DNA of 64,000 nt from Acholeplasmataceae bacterium (GCA_963675245.1 OY775910.1:960001-1024000), one strand, 5' to 3'; counted from the stretch's first letter, positions 30,742 to 39,438 are shown. Notes: generated by a model not told the origin, from the sequence alone. Numbers and translations are program-made.

Positions 30742-31593
30742 ATGGCTAAGAATGATAATACAAAATATTGGTGGATAAAATTGGAAACAAACTTTTTTTA
30801 TCAAAATGCAATTGACTTTTTAATGTCTCAAAAGAATGGAAGTAATTATGTTGTTTTATATCAAATGTTATGTTTGAATTCTGCGAATACACAAGGTCGA
30901 TTAGAGCAAAAAATAGGCGATATGATAGTCAAATATGATGTTGCCAAAATTCAACGCGACACAAAGTATTTTGATCTTGACACCATTAGAGTAGCTTTAG
31001 AATTATACAAAGGATTAGGGCTTGTTTATGAAGAAAAGGACGGTACACTATTAATCATAAATCATGATGAAATGGTTGGATATAAAACCGGTGGTGCAAT
31101 ACGAAAAGAACTTGCAAGAAAATCAAAGAGGGACAATCTAGGGACAAATGTCCCCAAGAGTATAGAGTTAAGAGATAAGAATAAAGATATTAAAGATAGA
31201 GATTTAATAACACCCCCTAAATCCCCCAAGGGATATGTGAGTGATAATAAACTTAAAGAAAATATCTCTATTCAATCTCAATTTGATTTATTTTGGAAAG
31301 AATATCCAAAACACATAAATAAGCAAGCTTCTTATGAGCAATTTAGAAGTATGAAGTTAGATAATGGTATGTTAACTACGCTAATAGAGAATCTCAATAA
31401 ACAAAAAAAGTCTATTGAGTGGTCGCGTGAACAAGGTAGATTTATACCTTCGCCGCAAAAATATTTAAAAGGTAAGTTATGGGAAGATGAGCTAACTTAT
31501 CAAATAACAGTTGGTCAACTAGGTGTTGATGAAGAAATAGAACGTCAAATGGATAATATATTCAAAAAACTACCATTTGGCAAAGGGGCATGA
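30742..31593 (+). CDS. Phage replisome organizer (replication initiator)
   Basis: N-terminal KYWWIKLETNFF..AIDFLMSQKNGSNYVVLYQMLCL (Phage_rep_org_N-like); C-terminal FDLFWKEYPK..GRFIPSPQKYL..WEDE; AAGGAG SD. Confidence 0.88.
   Translation: MAKNDNTKYWWIKLETNFFYQNAIDFLMSQKNGSNYVVLYQMLCLNSANTQGRLEQKIGDMIVKYDVAKIQRDTKYFDLDTIRVALELYKGLGLVYEEKDGTLLIINHDEMVGYKTGGAIRKELARKSKRDNLGTNVPKSIELRDKNKDIKDRDLITPPKSPKGYVSDNKLKENISIQSQFDLFWKEYPKHINKQASYEQFRSMKLDNGMLTTLIENLNKQKKSIEWSREQGRFIPSPQKYLKGKLWEDELTYQITVGQLGVDEEIERQMDNIFKKLPFGKGA
31129..31232. repeat. Probable replication origin inside rep
   Basis: AGGGACAA x2 at 11-bp spacing plus inverted TGTCCC, followed by a purine-rich AGAGAT/AAAGAT tract and two CCCCC motifs. 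Confidence 0.55.
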
Positions 31594-31784
31594 AAATGGG
31601 AAATGATGACATAAAAATTGGAAAAGTTGTGACTCAAAAAGAAACTAATCGAGAAGCTAGAATATATGACATTGATAAAAGTATTAATTATGTGTTTTTG
31701 CTTGTCAACATTGGTTATCAAAATAATGAAGTTGCGACAGTTCAAATAAAAGAATTCTTCGATTATTATGAAACGAGGTCATGA
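31590..31784 (+). CDS. Small hypothetical protein (element)
   Basis: ATGA overlap with the rep stop codon; 64 aa; no recognised motif. Confidence 0.6.
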   Translation: MKMGNDDIKIGKVVTQKETNREARIYDIDKSINYVFLLVNIGYQNNEVATVQIKEFFDYYETRS

Positions 31785-32358
31785 TATGTTTGGAAAAGAA
31801 AAAAAGCATACTTTAAGAACGAAAGTAATTACAGTTATTCATTCTGAAATTGTTGGTTTTAATAAAAAAGGTTTAGCAATTACAAAACCTCGAAAACGAA
31901 TGTATACTTTTTATGGCTCATCATTTAAAGATTTAAGGCTAAAGATAATCGCATTTAAAATTGATAATTATTTGAAATATGACACACGATTAAATGCCAA
32001 TACTGAGTTCAAAAGAGATGTGCGTTGTTTAGGTAAGAAGAGCAATGTAAAAGTAATGTTTTCATATGATTTTCAAGATAGGTACAACGCTATTAACTAT
32101 TTGTTATCAAAATATAATATTTCAGATAATCAAAGTATCGAGAAAAAAGATATCAAAAATAAAATTATCAAAGAAATCAATTTCGAATCACAAGGAAATG
32201 TTGATTTAGATTTACTGCAGATTGTTAGAATCGTGTATAAGTGTTTTGACTTCGATAAGCACAAAACAAAGGGGTTTTTGATGTCAAAAGATGGTGGATA
32301 TACACCGAGAGAAATAACACATGCGTTCAATAAATTAAGTAAAGAGGTAACAATATGA
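31768..32358 (+). CDS. Basic hypothetical protein (element)
   Basis: 196-aa Lys-rich ORF in the operon; the start could be ATG 31786 (GAGG SD). Confidence 0.7.
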   Translation: MKRGHDMFGKEKKHTLRTKVITVIHSEIVGFNKKGLAITKPRKRMYTFYGSSFKDLRLKIIAFKIDNYLKYDTRLNANTEFKRDVRCLGKKSNVKVMFSYDFQDRYNAINYLLSKYNISDNQSIEKKDIKNKIIKEINFESQGNVDLDLLQIVRIVYKCFDFDKHKTKGFLMSKDGGYTPREITHAFNKLSKEVTI

Positions 32359-32708
32359 TTTCAATGAATATAATGAATATCAATAATCAAATCAAGTCTT
32401 TATTAAGCCATATAAATATTTATTCTTTAAAACGTGAAAAAGCGTTTGAAATCGTTCGTGATTCCATTAGAGATGACATGGGAAAGATCTCAAGATTTGG
32501 AGCAGTGCGCACATATAGATTAGCTTTTGAATACTTTCAAAATGAACCAATAACAGATTGCTATATGCTTTCAGAATTCGAAGGATACACGAGATCGGAT
32601 ATTAAACAAATAAAGTATCAAATGAATAGGAGAATAAAAGTGTTTTCTGAAAATGTGACAAGTCAACATCAAATTAATCAAATATTAAAAATTGTTGGTT
32701 GGGACTGA
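32355..32708 (+). CDS. Hypothetical protein (element)
   Basis: GAGGT SD, ATGA overlap with the upstream ORF; 117 aa. Confidence 0.7.
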   Translation: MISMNIMNINNQIKSLLSHINIYSLKREKAFEIVRDSIRDDMGKISRFGAVRTYRLAFEYFQNEPITDCYMLSEFEGYTRSDIKQIKYQMNRRIKVFSENVTSQHQINQILKIVGWD

Positions 32709-32852
32709 ATAGTACAATATTAATAAATAGTTGATGTGCGTCGTAGAATATTTTATTATAAATATATGTTCATATTCCATATGAACTATATTATATAAAA
32801 CATCTCAATCCTATTTCATAATGTGATAAAATACATTTAAGGTGGGGTTGAG

Positions 32853-33236
32853 ATGAAAAGAACTTATATTTATGAGTCAATTGACAAGAGAAAAGGTGAA
32901 ATTGATTTTTATTATGAACATCACTATTATTCATTTAAACATGTTATGAATAACCGTAAACGGATTTTAAAACTGATTGATTTAAAGTGTAATACCGACC
33001 ATGTTAAATGGGATAAAAACCCAACAGATGAGGAGATAGCGTTTATCCTAGATATGTCATCAATCAACTTATCTAGAGTTATCAATGGTAGAGTCTCACT
33101 TTCAGTTGATGTGTTATTAAAACTATCCTGGTTTTGTGATGTGTCAACGGATAAGATAATTGCTTTTGAAAAAGAATTGGGTCATATAATAAAAAATAGT
33201 GATTTAATTGATTTTGATATCCTCAAGGAGACTTGA
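32853..33236 (+). CDS. XRE-family HTH protein
   Basis: EEIAFILDMSSINLSRVINGRVSLSVDVLLKLSWFCDVSTDKII; AAGGTGG SD. Confidence 0.78.
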   Translation: MKRTYIYESIDKRKGEIDFYYEHHYYSFKHVMNNRKRILKLIDLKCNTDHVKWDKNPTDEEIAFILDMSSINLSRVINGRVSLSVDVLLKLSWFCDVSTDKIIAFEKELGHIIKNSDLIDFDILKET

Positions 33237-33246
33237 GGTTTTTTTT
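33221..33246 (+). terminator. Intrinsic terminator upstream of the integrase
   Basis: CCTCAAG-gaga-CTTGAGG plus T8. Confidence 0.8.
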
Positions 33247-33345
33247 ATGTACATTAAATCTTAACATTGATGATAAAATAACAAAGTCAAAATTAAACAG
33301 ATTTAACGTGGCATATTAAACTAAAAGAAAATCAATTATAAAGGA

Positions 33346-34227
33346 GTGTCAACAATGCTATTCACAGATTTATTTAAGAATTATTTGGAGTATAGTTTAC
33401 TACACAAAGCAAGAGGAACTTATGATTACGAGAGAGCGAAGATAAATAGGCTTAATATCGTTTTGAACGATATGGGTGTGATTGATACCACTCGATTTGA
33501 CAGAAACGCTCTAAATCGCCTCATTTTATATCTTAAAACGAATATTAGTAATAAGACGATTAATAAATATTTACTAATTATGAAAAATGCTTATAAAATC
33601 AATGATCTTGACTTTGAATATCTACAAAAGTTTAAAAAATTAAGAGAGAATAAAGTTCACTTTGAAATTATTGACAAAAATGAACTTAAAAAAATAATTA
33701 ATTGGGCATTGAGATTAAAAAGCAATCAAGATAATAACTTAATGTATCAAACCATTATTTTTTTATTACTGGAAACGGGTGTTAGAGCAAATGAGCTAAT
33801 AAACATTGAAATAAAAAACATAGATTTAGAGAATAAGTCTATACTTTTAACCACTACGAAAACAAAAAAGAACAGACTTGTATTCTTTACAAATTTATCA
33901 AAAAAATATATTGTAGATATGATTGACTTGGGACCGAAGAATCGCAAGTTTTTGCTCTTTAATAGATTAAAAAAAAGACAAACGCTATTTAGAGATATTA
34001 AATATACGATTGATAAGATTAAGCACGAAACTAATATCATAAAATTGCACCCTCACATGTTTAGACATACATTCGCAACACTAGCTTATGAAAATGGTAT
34101 GGATGTCTTTGTTTTAAAAGAGTTATTAGGACATGAAAATATAGAAACAACAATGATTTATACTCACATTTCTGAAAATAGATTAAATCAAACATATAGG
34201 AAGGCATTTGAGAACGATATATTTTGA
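33346..34227 (+). CDS. int: Tyrosine recombinase/integrase (Xer-like size)
   Basis: TGVRANEL (R), TKTKK (K), [11 protein letters not shown] (HxxR), [13 protein letters not shown] (H, Y). Exact start uncertain (GTG 33346 or ATG 33355). Confidence 0.94.
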   Translation: MSTMLFTDLFKNYLEYSLLHKARGTYDYERAKINRLNIVLNDMGVIDTTRFDRNALNRLILYLKTNISNKTINKYLLIMKNAYKINDLDFEYLQKFKKLRENKVHFEIIDKNELKKIINWALRLKSNQDNNLMYQTIIFLLLETGVRANELINIEIKNIDLENKSILLTTTKTKKNRLVFFTNLSKKYIVDMIDLGPKNRKFLLFNRLKKRQTLFRDIKYTIDKIKHETNIIKLHPHMFRHTFATLAYENGMDVFVLKELLGHENIETTMIYTHISENRLNQTYRKAFENDIF

Positions 34228-34295
34228 ATAACTGTGTATAAGAGTACATTAAAGTACATTAAAGTGCAAAAAAATGCTTAAAAAAGTAAAAAAAA

Positions 34296-34325
34296 TTGTA
34301 CTTTTCCACAATATTTTGTTATAAT
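34296..34325 (+). promoter_or_regulatory. Promoter of candidate antisense RNA
   Basis: TTGTAC-18 bp-TATAAT with extended TGn. Confidence 0.7.
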
Positions 34326-34330
34326 ATGTA

Positions 34331-34392
34331 TGTAAACTTTGTGGCTATGCACACAAAAAGAAAAAGAGGTTTTAGAGGAACCTCTTTTTTTT
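34331..34392 (+). ncRNA. Candidate ~60-nt antisense RNA against the yjzC-like mRNA
   Basis: Lies between a promoter and a terminator with no ORF; the first 28 nt are repeated (26/28) at 34671-34698 in the oppositely transcribed leader. Confidence 0.65.
34361..34392. terminator. Bidirectional terminator shared by antisense RNA and yjzC-like mRNA
   Basis: AAAAAGAGGTT-ttagagg-AACCTCTTTTT with A runs before and a T run after. Confidence 0.8.
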
Positions 34393-34441
34393 CCGAAACT
34401 TTCAATCATCAGTGCTGTGATTTAAACGGATTTAATTAAAA

Positions 34442-34624
34442 TTATTTTGTATGTTTGGTCGGATCAACTAAAACATAAATCTGATTTGGCTTGGGTGTTG
34501 GAGGTACTTTGTTGCCTTTTATTAGGGTTACCTCGTTCTGAGATATACGACCGTTTGAAAAACCTATCGCATACTGTCCAGAAACATCCGTAATTTGACC
34601 ACTTTTTATTGTATGTTTTGTCAT
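34442..34624 (-). CDS. YjzC-like small protein (60 aa)
   Basis: KSGQ...SGQY...EVTLIKGNKVPPTPKPNQIYVLVDPTKH pattern recalled from YjzC-family proteins; GAAAGGTGG SD. Confidence 0.75.
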   Translation of the reverse strand: MTKHTIKSGQITDVSGQYAIGFSNGRISQNEVTLIKGNKVPPTPKPNQIYVLVDPTKHTK

Positions 34625-34670
34625 TTGCAAATTCCACCTTTCTTATAAAATTATTTATAAGCAAGATGAC

Positions 34671-34698
34671 TGTAAACTTTGTGGCTATATACACAAAA
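34671..34698. repeat. Direct repeat copy 2 (copy 1 at 34331-34358)
   Basis: TGTAAACTTTGTGGCTAT-at/gc-ACACAAAA, 340 bp apart. Confidence 0.95.
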
Positions 34699-34742
34699 CC
34701 GTTTCGGAAATCAACAAATAATCATGTCTAAATCACAACAAC

Positions 34743-34771
34743 ATTATAACATAAATAAGGCGATTTGTCAA
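34743..34771 (-). promoter_or_regulatory. Consensus sigma-A promoter of the yjzC-like gene
   Basis: Minus strand TTGACA-17 bp-TATAAT with extended TG. Confidence 0.88.
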
Positions 34772-34856
34772 TGTTGAGCTGATATTGTCAATACTCGTAT
34801 TAAAAATAAAAAAGTAGTAATAGTAATAATTTTCCAGATAAAAAAAGAACGAACAT

Positions 34857-35072
34857 TTATTGCTCGTTCTTTTTATCATCATCTATTAAACCGAGTAAAT
34901 AATCTGCTGAACATTCAAGAACCTTAACAAGATGTCTTATTTGCTCTTCATTCAACCTGTAAACACCATTTTCATAGTTGGAAACATTGCTTTGTGGGAC
35001 ATCTAAAATCTTTGATATTTGAACTTGTGTCAAACCCTTTTTAATTCTTGCCTCTTTAAGTTTGTTACTCAT
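34857..35072 (-). CDS. XRE-family HTH repressor (71 aa)
   Basis: LKEARIKKGLTQVQISKILDVPQSNVSNYENG...SADYLLGL; AGGAG SD. Confidence 0.92.
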   Translation of the reverse strand: MSNKLKEARIKKGLTQVQISKILDVPQSNVSNYENGVYRLNEEQIRHLVKVLECSADYLLGLIDDDKKNEQ

Positions 35073-35097
35073 ATTAACACCACTCCTCATTTTAATG

Positions 35098-35126
35098 TTG
35101 ACTCCTGTATCGCTTTGAGCTATAAT
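35098..35126 (+). promoter_or_regulatory. Outward-facing promoter pointing at the right att site
   Basis: TTGACT-17 bp-TATAAT, divergent from xre. Confidence 0.8.
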
Positions 35127-35225
35127 TAAGGTGTTAAGGAAATATTGCTTTAAGCGATATTCAACGGTTAGAGTGCTTAATCATGATGTCACTCGTTCAT
35201 ATTCAAACGGCTTGTATAATTAGTA

Positions 35226-35299
35226 TGGCAGGCCCAACAGGATTTGAACCTGTGGTGAGGGAGTCAAAGTCCCTTGCCTTACCCCTTGGCTATGGGCCT
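35226..35299 (-). tRNA. tRNA-Gln(TTG), integration target
   Basis: AGGCCCA/TGGGCCT acceptor stem, AGGGA-CTTTGAC-TCCCT anticodon arm, GGTTCAAATCC, CCA. Confidence 0.96.
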
Positions 35300-35569
35300 G
35301 TATGGCTAAACAGGTGAATATACTTTTAAAAGGAGAGATATATTTTTAGTTCAGCATTTATGATTTTAGCATAATGTTAATCAAAACTCAACTATAAAAA
35401 GCGATAAAATAACTGTTAAGTTATATTACCCTAATTTCTAATGGATTTATTCATCTAAAATTACACTATAATATGTGATATGATGTATATCAAACATTTT
35501 TAGATAAATGGGTTTATAATAAAAATATGAAAGCGTTTTATATTTTTGTTAAAGGAGATATGAATAGTC

Positions 35570-36619
35570 GTGAAGATGACAGCGGTTATTAAAGACAAGA
35601 AAGATGTAGGATGCAAGGTCGTTGAGAAAGAAGTACCAGAAAAATTGGGGGAAAAAGATGTTTTAATCAAGGTTTTGGCGACCTCTATTTGTGGTACAGA
35701 TGTCCATATTTTTAAGTGGGATAAATGGAGCCAAGGTAGAGTGAAACCACCGAATATTATGGGACATGAATTTGCAGGTGAAGTCATAAAAATCGGTTCT
35801 GAAGTAACAAAAGTTAAAATCGGAGATATTGTATCTTCTGAAACACACATTGTATGTGGTGAATGTGAGTTCTGCAAAAGAGGAGAATACCACATATGTG
35901 AAAACACAAAAATTATCGGTGTAGATATTGATGGTTGTTTTGCTGAATATATTAGAATGCCTGAGTTTAATTTAATCGTGAACAACAACGGTATTGATCC
36001 TAAGTATTTATCGATTCAAGAACCACTTGGTAATGCCGTTCACACCATGTTGCATTTTGATATCAAAGACAAAGATGTTGCAGTTATAGGTTGTGGACCT
36101 ATTGGTTTAATGGGAGTCAATATCGCTAAAGCAGTTGGCGCGAAAAAAGTGATTGCTATTGAAATTCAACCATACCGTATAGCGATGGCAAAAATGTTAG
36201 GTGCTGATGTTGTTATAAACCCTCGTGAAGAAGACGTTGTTAAGCGTGTATTAGATGAAACAAATGGTAAAGGTGTTGATGTCATAGGAGAGTTTTCTGG
36301 TAACGAATTCGCGATCGAAGCTGCATTTAAATATATTAAACGTGGTGGTAAAATGGCGATGCTTGGTATCACGCCTGATAACGTGACATTTGATATTTCA
36401 AATGATTTTGTATTTAAAGGAATTACGATGTATGGTGTTGTTGGTAGAATATTGTTTGATACGTGGGATAAAGTCGGCTATTTGATTGACAACCATATGT
36501 TGGATTTAGATAAAATTGTGACACATGTCCTACCACTTGAAGAAGTTGAAAAAGGTATGGAGATTATGATGTCAGGACAGAGTGGAAAAGTAGTATTAAT
36601 ACCAAATCATAAGGAGTGA
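35570..36619 (+). CDS. tdh: L-threonine 3-dehydrogenase
   Basis: [42 protein letters not shown]; paired with kbl. Confidence 0.95.
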   Translation: MKMTAVIKDKKDVGCKVVEKEVPEKLGEKDVLIKVLATSICGTDVHIFKWDKWSQGRVKPPNIMGHEFAGEVIKIGSEVTKVKIGDIVSSETHIVCGECEFCKRGEYHICENTKIIGVDIDGCFAEYIRMPEFNLIVNNNGIDPKYLSIQEPLGNAVHTMLHFDIKDKDVAVIGCGPIGLMGVNIAKAVGAKKVIAIEIQPYRIAMAKMLGADVVINPREEDVVKRVLDETNGKGVDVIGEFSGNEFAIEAAFKYIKRGGKMAMLGITPDNVTFDISNDFVFKGITMYGVVGRILFDTWDKVGYLIDNHMLDLDKIVTHVLPLEEVEKGMEIMMSGQSGKVVLIPNHKE

Positions 36620-36623
36620 GTTG

Positions 36624-37793
36624 ATGGGGTTTTTAAAAGAAAAAATTGATGAATTAAAAGAAGCGGGTGTATATCGCACATTACCAGTTAATGATGGTCC
36701 ATGTGAAGCTGAAATCATCTTAAATGGTAGAAAGGTAATTAATTTATCTTCAAACAACTATTTGGGTTTCGCAAATCATCCAAGATTAAAAGAAGCTGCT
36801 AAAAAAGCGATTGATCAATATGGTGTAGGTGCAGGAGCGGTTAGAACAATTGTCGGAAACATGACAATTCATGAAACGTTGGATGAAACGATCGCTGCAT
36901 TTAAAAAAGAAGAAGCGGCTGTCGTGTTTCAATCAGGGTATAACGTTAATGCAGGCGTCATACAAGCGATCACAACCAAAAATGATTTAATCATATCTGA
37001 TGAACTTAATCACGCATCCATTATTGATGGTGTGAGATTATCAAAAGCGTCACGTACCGTTTTTAAGCACAGCGATATGATTGATTTAAAACGTGTTTTA
37101 GAAGAAAATAAAGGGAAATACGAACATACTTTTATTATTACCGATGGTGTATTTTCAATGGATGGGGATTTAGCGAAACTACCTGAAATTGTCAAACTAG
37201 CTAAGCAATATAATGCGTATACATATGTCGATGATGCTCATGGTTCAGGTGTTTTAGGTGATAGAGGAAGAGGAACAGTGGATCATTATCATCTGCACGG
37301 CCAAGTTGATTTCATTGTAGGTACCTTATCAAAAGCGATTGGTGTCGTTGGCGGTTATGTGTGTGGCTCAAATGATATGAGAGAATGGCTGTTACATCGT
37401 GGTAGACCATTATTATTCTCAACTGCTTTAATGCCTAGTGCAGCTGCCGCTATTATTGAAGCTTTTCACATGCTTGAATCATCTTTGGAGTTTACAGATA
37501 AACTATGGGAAAATGGTCGTTATTTCAAACAAAAGTTATCACAATTGGGATTTGATATCGGTCATAGTGAGACACCTATCACACCAATTATGGTAGGAGA
37601 TGAAGCATTGACGATGACGTTTTCAAAAGATCTATTAGATCATGGTGTTTATGTATCAGGCATTGTTTTTCCGACGGTACCTAAAGGTAAAGGTAGAATA
37701 AGATGTATGGTTTCTGCACTTCACACGAAGGCACAACTTGATCAAGCGGTTAAGATTATTGAAACTTCAGCAAAATCATTAGAAATCATTTAA
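36624..37793 (+). CDS. kbl: Glycine C-acetyltransferase (2-amino-3-ketobutyrate CoA ligase)
   Basis: [39 protein letters not shown] (PLP Lys). Confidence 0.92.
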   Translation: MGFLKEKIDELKEAGVYRTLPVNDGPCEAEIILNGRKVINLSSNNYLGFANHPRLKEAAKKAIDQYGVGAGAVRTIVGNMTIHETLDETIAAFKKEEAAVVFQSGYNVNAGVIQAITTKNDLIISDELNHASIIDGVRLSKASRTVFKHSDMIDLKRVLEENKGKYEHTFIITDGVFSMDGDLAKLPEIVKLAKQYNAYTYVDDAHGSGVLGDRGRGTVDHYHLHGQVDFIVGTLSKAIGVVGGYVCGSNDMREWLLHRGRPLLFSTALMPSAAAAIIEAFHMLESSLEFTDKLWENGRYFKQKLSQLGFDIGHSETPITPIMVGDEALTMTFSKDLLDHGVYVSGIVFPTVPKGKGRIRCMVSALHTKAQLDQAVKIIETSAKSLEII

Positions 37794-37855
37794 TGTATAA
37801 AAACAAATAAAGGCCTTATCGATGGATAAGACCTTTTTCTATGTTTAAATATTTA

Positions 37856-37932
37856 TGGGGCGGCCGAAGGGAATCGAACCCTCGAATGTCGGGACCACAA
37901 CCCGATGCGTTAACCACTTCGCCACGGCCGCC
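37856..37932 (-). tRNA. tRNA-His(GTG)
   Basis: G-1 plus GCGGCCG acceptor stem, TCGGG-TTGTGGT-CCCGA anticodon arm, CCA. Confidence 0.96.
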
Positions 37933-38048
37933 ATGTCGTAGCGCAATATCTATTATACAATAAATTATTTTATTGTAAAGTAAAAATATGTAAAAACAGG
38001 TTTTTTGTTGTGTATTAATCTCTTTTCTAGTATCATATATAGGAGGAT

Positions 38049-39113
38049 GTGATTATTATGGGAAAATGGGTTGGCAGATTATTTTATGCCATCGTAATTG
38101 TCTTTATGACGTTCTTCATTATCCAGAGTGCATATGATTCTAGAAGCAATGCTTATTTAGTAGAAAATATGAATGGTGAATGGGATAATGAAGCACAGTT
38201 TTTCAAAGGTGTTAATACACTTTTAGACTTAGATTTTATGACAGCAGATCCAATTACAACTGCTTATGTAGATAATGCAGGTGAACACCAATTAACATTA
38301 CAGTTTTTCGGTATAGGTTATACAGACCAAGCAGGTAATCATCTTGATGGTATCATGGTGTTTGTTAATCATGTTAAAATATTTGAACCAGATGGAACGA
38401 CGGGTCGTTTAAAAGAAGTTGAAACACCATATATAAAACTGACCATTTATACGGATGAACCATTAAATGCGACATCTACTGACACTGTATCATATTCAGG
38501 CTTCGAAGGTCAGAATTTCGCAGCTGGATTCCTTTTTGATCAAGAAAGTGAAGAAGTTGCTTATGATTTAACGTATTATGTTGATCAAGACGGAAATTAT
38601 CTTTCATCAAATAGTGCTGATATTCCAAGTGACACGACTAGTGTACCAGTGATAGCATCTATTACACGTGTTGATGTTGATTATTCAAATGGTGAATCTG
38701 TCGGTGGTGATTTCACATATGCTACTGAATCATTGATGATAGTATCTAATCAAGTGATTGATGATCCAGTTTTTGATGATAGCTTTAAATTTACAGATTT
38801 TAGTTATGATCCACAACTGTATAGATTACAAGATGATTTAACCGAATGGCCAGTAAAAGAAGCTGAAAAAACGGCTTTAAATTTATTTACAGATCGTGAT
38901 GATTTATCAGCTTATAATTGGGAAATGGTACGTGTTTATCTTCTCTATGCAGGTTTCGTTCTAATTGTGACATATCTATTGTTCTTCCATAAGAAAACGA
39001 TGATATATATACGCACAAGACGCAATGCAAAAAAGAATAATAATATCATAGACGCTGAAGTAGTTGAATCAAAACCACAAGAACAAATATTTGAAGATAA
39101 AGAACCTAAATAA
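38049..39113 (+). CDS. Membrane protein with N- and C-terminal TM helices and an acidic extracellular domain
   Basis: 354-aa ORF, AGGAGG SD (start may be ATG 38058), followed by a terminator at 39115-39143. Confidence 0.8.
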   Translation: MIIMGKWVGRLFYAIVIVFMTFFIIQSAYDSRSNAYLVENMNGEWDNEAQFFKGVNTLLDLDFMTADPITTAYVDNAGEHQLTLQFFGIGYTDQAGNHLDGIMVFVNHVKIFEPDGTTGRLKEVETPYIKLTIYTDEPLNATSTDTVSYSGFEGQNFAAGFLFDQESEEVAYDLTYYVDQDGNYLSSNSADIPSDTTSVPVIASITRVDVDYSNGESVGGDFTYATESLMIVSNQVIDDPVFDDSFKFTDFSYDPQLYRLQDDLTEWPVKEAEKTALNLFTDRDDLSAYNWEMVRVYLLYAGFVLIVTYLLFFHKKTMIYIRTRRNAKKNNNIIDAEVVESKPQEQIFEDKEPK

Positions 39114-39196
39114 GAAGATGGAAAATAATTCCATCTTTTTTTTCGGTTTGAATTGCATAAAGGCTTCTTAATATGCTATACTTATACATGCCGTTT

Positions 39197-39271
39197 AGGG
39201 ATATGGTGTCAACGGTAGCACAGCGGTCTCCAAAACCGTTAGTTCGGGTTCGAATCCTGATATCCCTGCCA
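39197..39271 (+). tRNA. tRNA-Trp(CCA)
   Basis: AGGGATA/TATCCCT acceptor stem, GCGGT-CTCCAAA-ACCGT, GGTTCGAATCC, CCA. Confidence 0.96.
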
Positions 39272-39281
39272 TATTATTATT

Positions 39282-39355
39282 AGGCCCATAGCCAAGTGGT
39301 AAGGCAGAAGGCTCTGAACCTTCCATCGCTGGTTCGAATCCAACTGGGCCTGCCA
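39282..39355 (+). tRNA. tRNA-Gln(CTG)
   Basis: AGGCCCA/TGGGCCT, GAAGG-CTCTGAA-CCTTC, CCA; one C-A mismatch in the T stem. Confidence 0.93.
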
Positions 39356-39438
39356 CTTATTTTATAAGACCAATAAGGTCTTTTTCTTTTTAGTAAAAAA
39401 GAGGCTTCATGCTTATTATTAAGCAGGAGGAATGAAAT

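Larger units (their letters stand above)
30416..35269. mobile_element. 4810-bp integrative element (phage-satellite/integrative plasmid-like) in tRNA-Gln(TTG)
   Basis: Flanking tRNA 3'-half direct repeats 4810 bp apart, tyrosine integrase, phage replisome organizer, two XRE HTH genes; visibly more AT-rich than the flanks. Confidence 0.92.

Noticed and set aside
34331..34698. CRISPR mini-array from the 28-bp palindromic repeats
   Set aside because: Only two copies, separated by 312 bp containing a gene and a terminator; no cas genes.
39197..39271. UGA=Trp recoding (genetic code 4)
   Set aside because: The anticodon is CCA, conserved genes end at TGA (e.g. sufD, tdh, int) and Trp is encoded by TGG.
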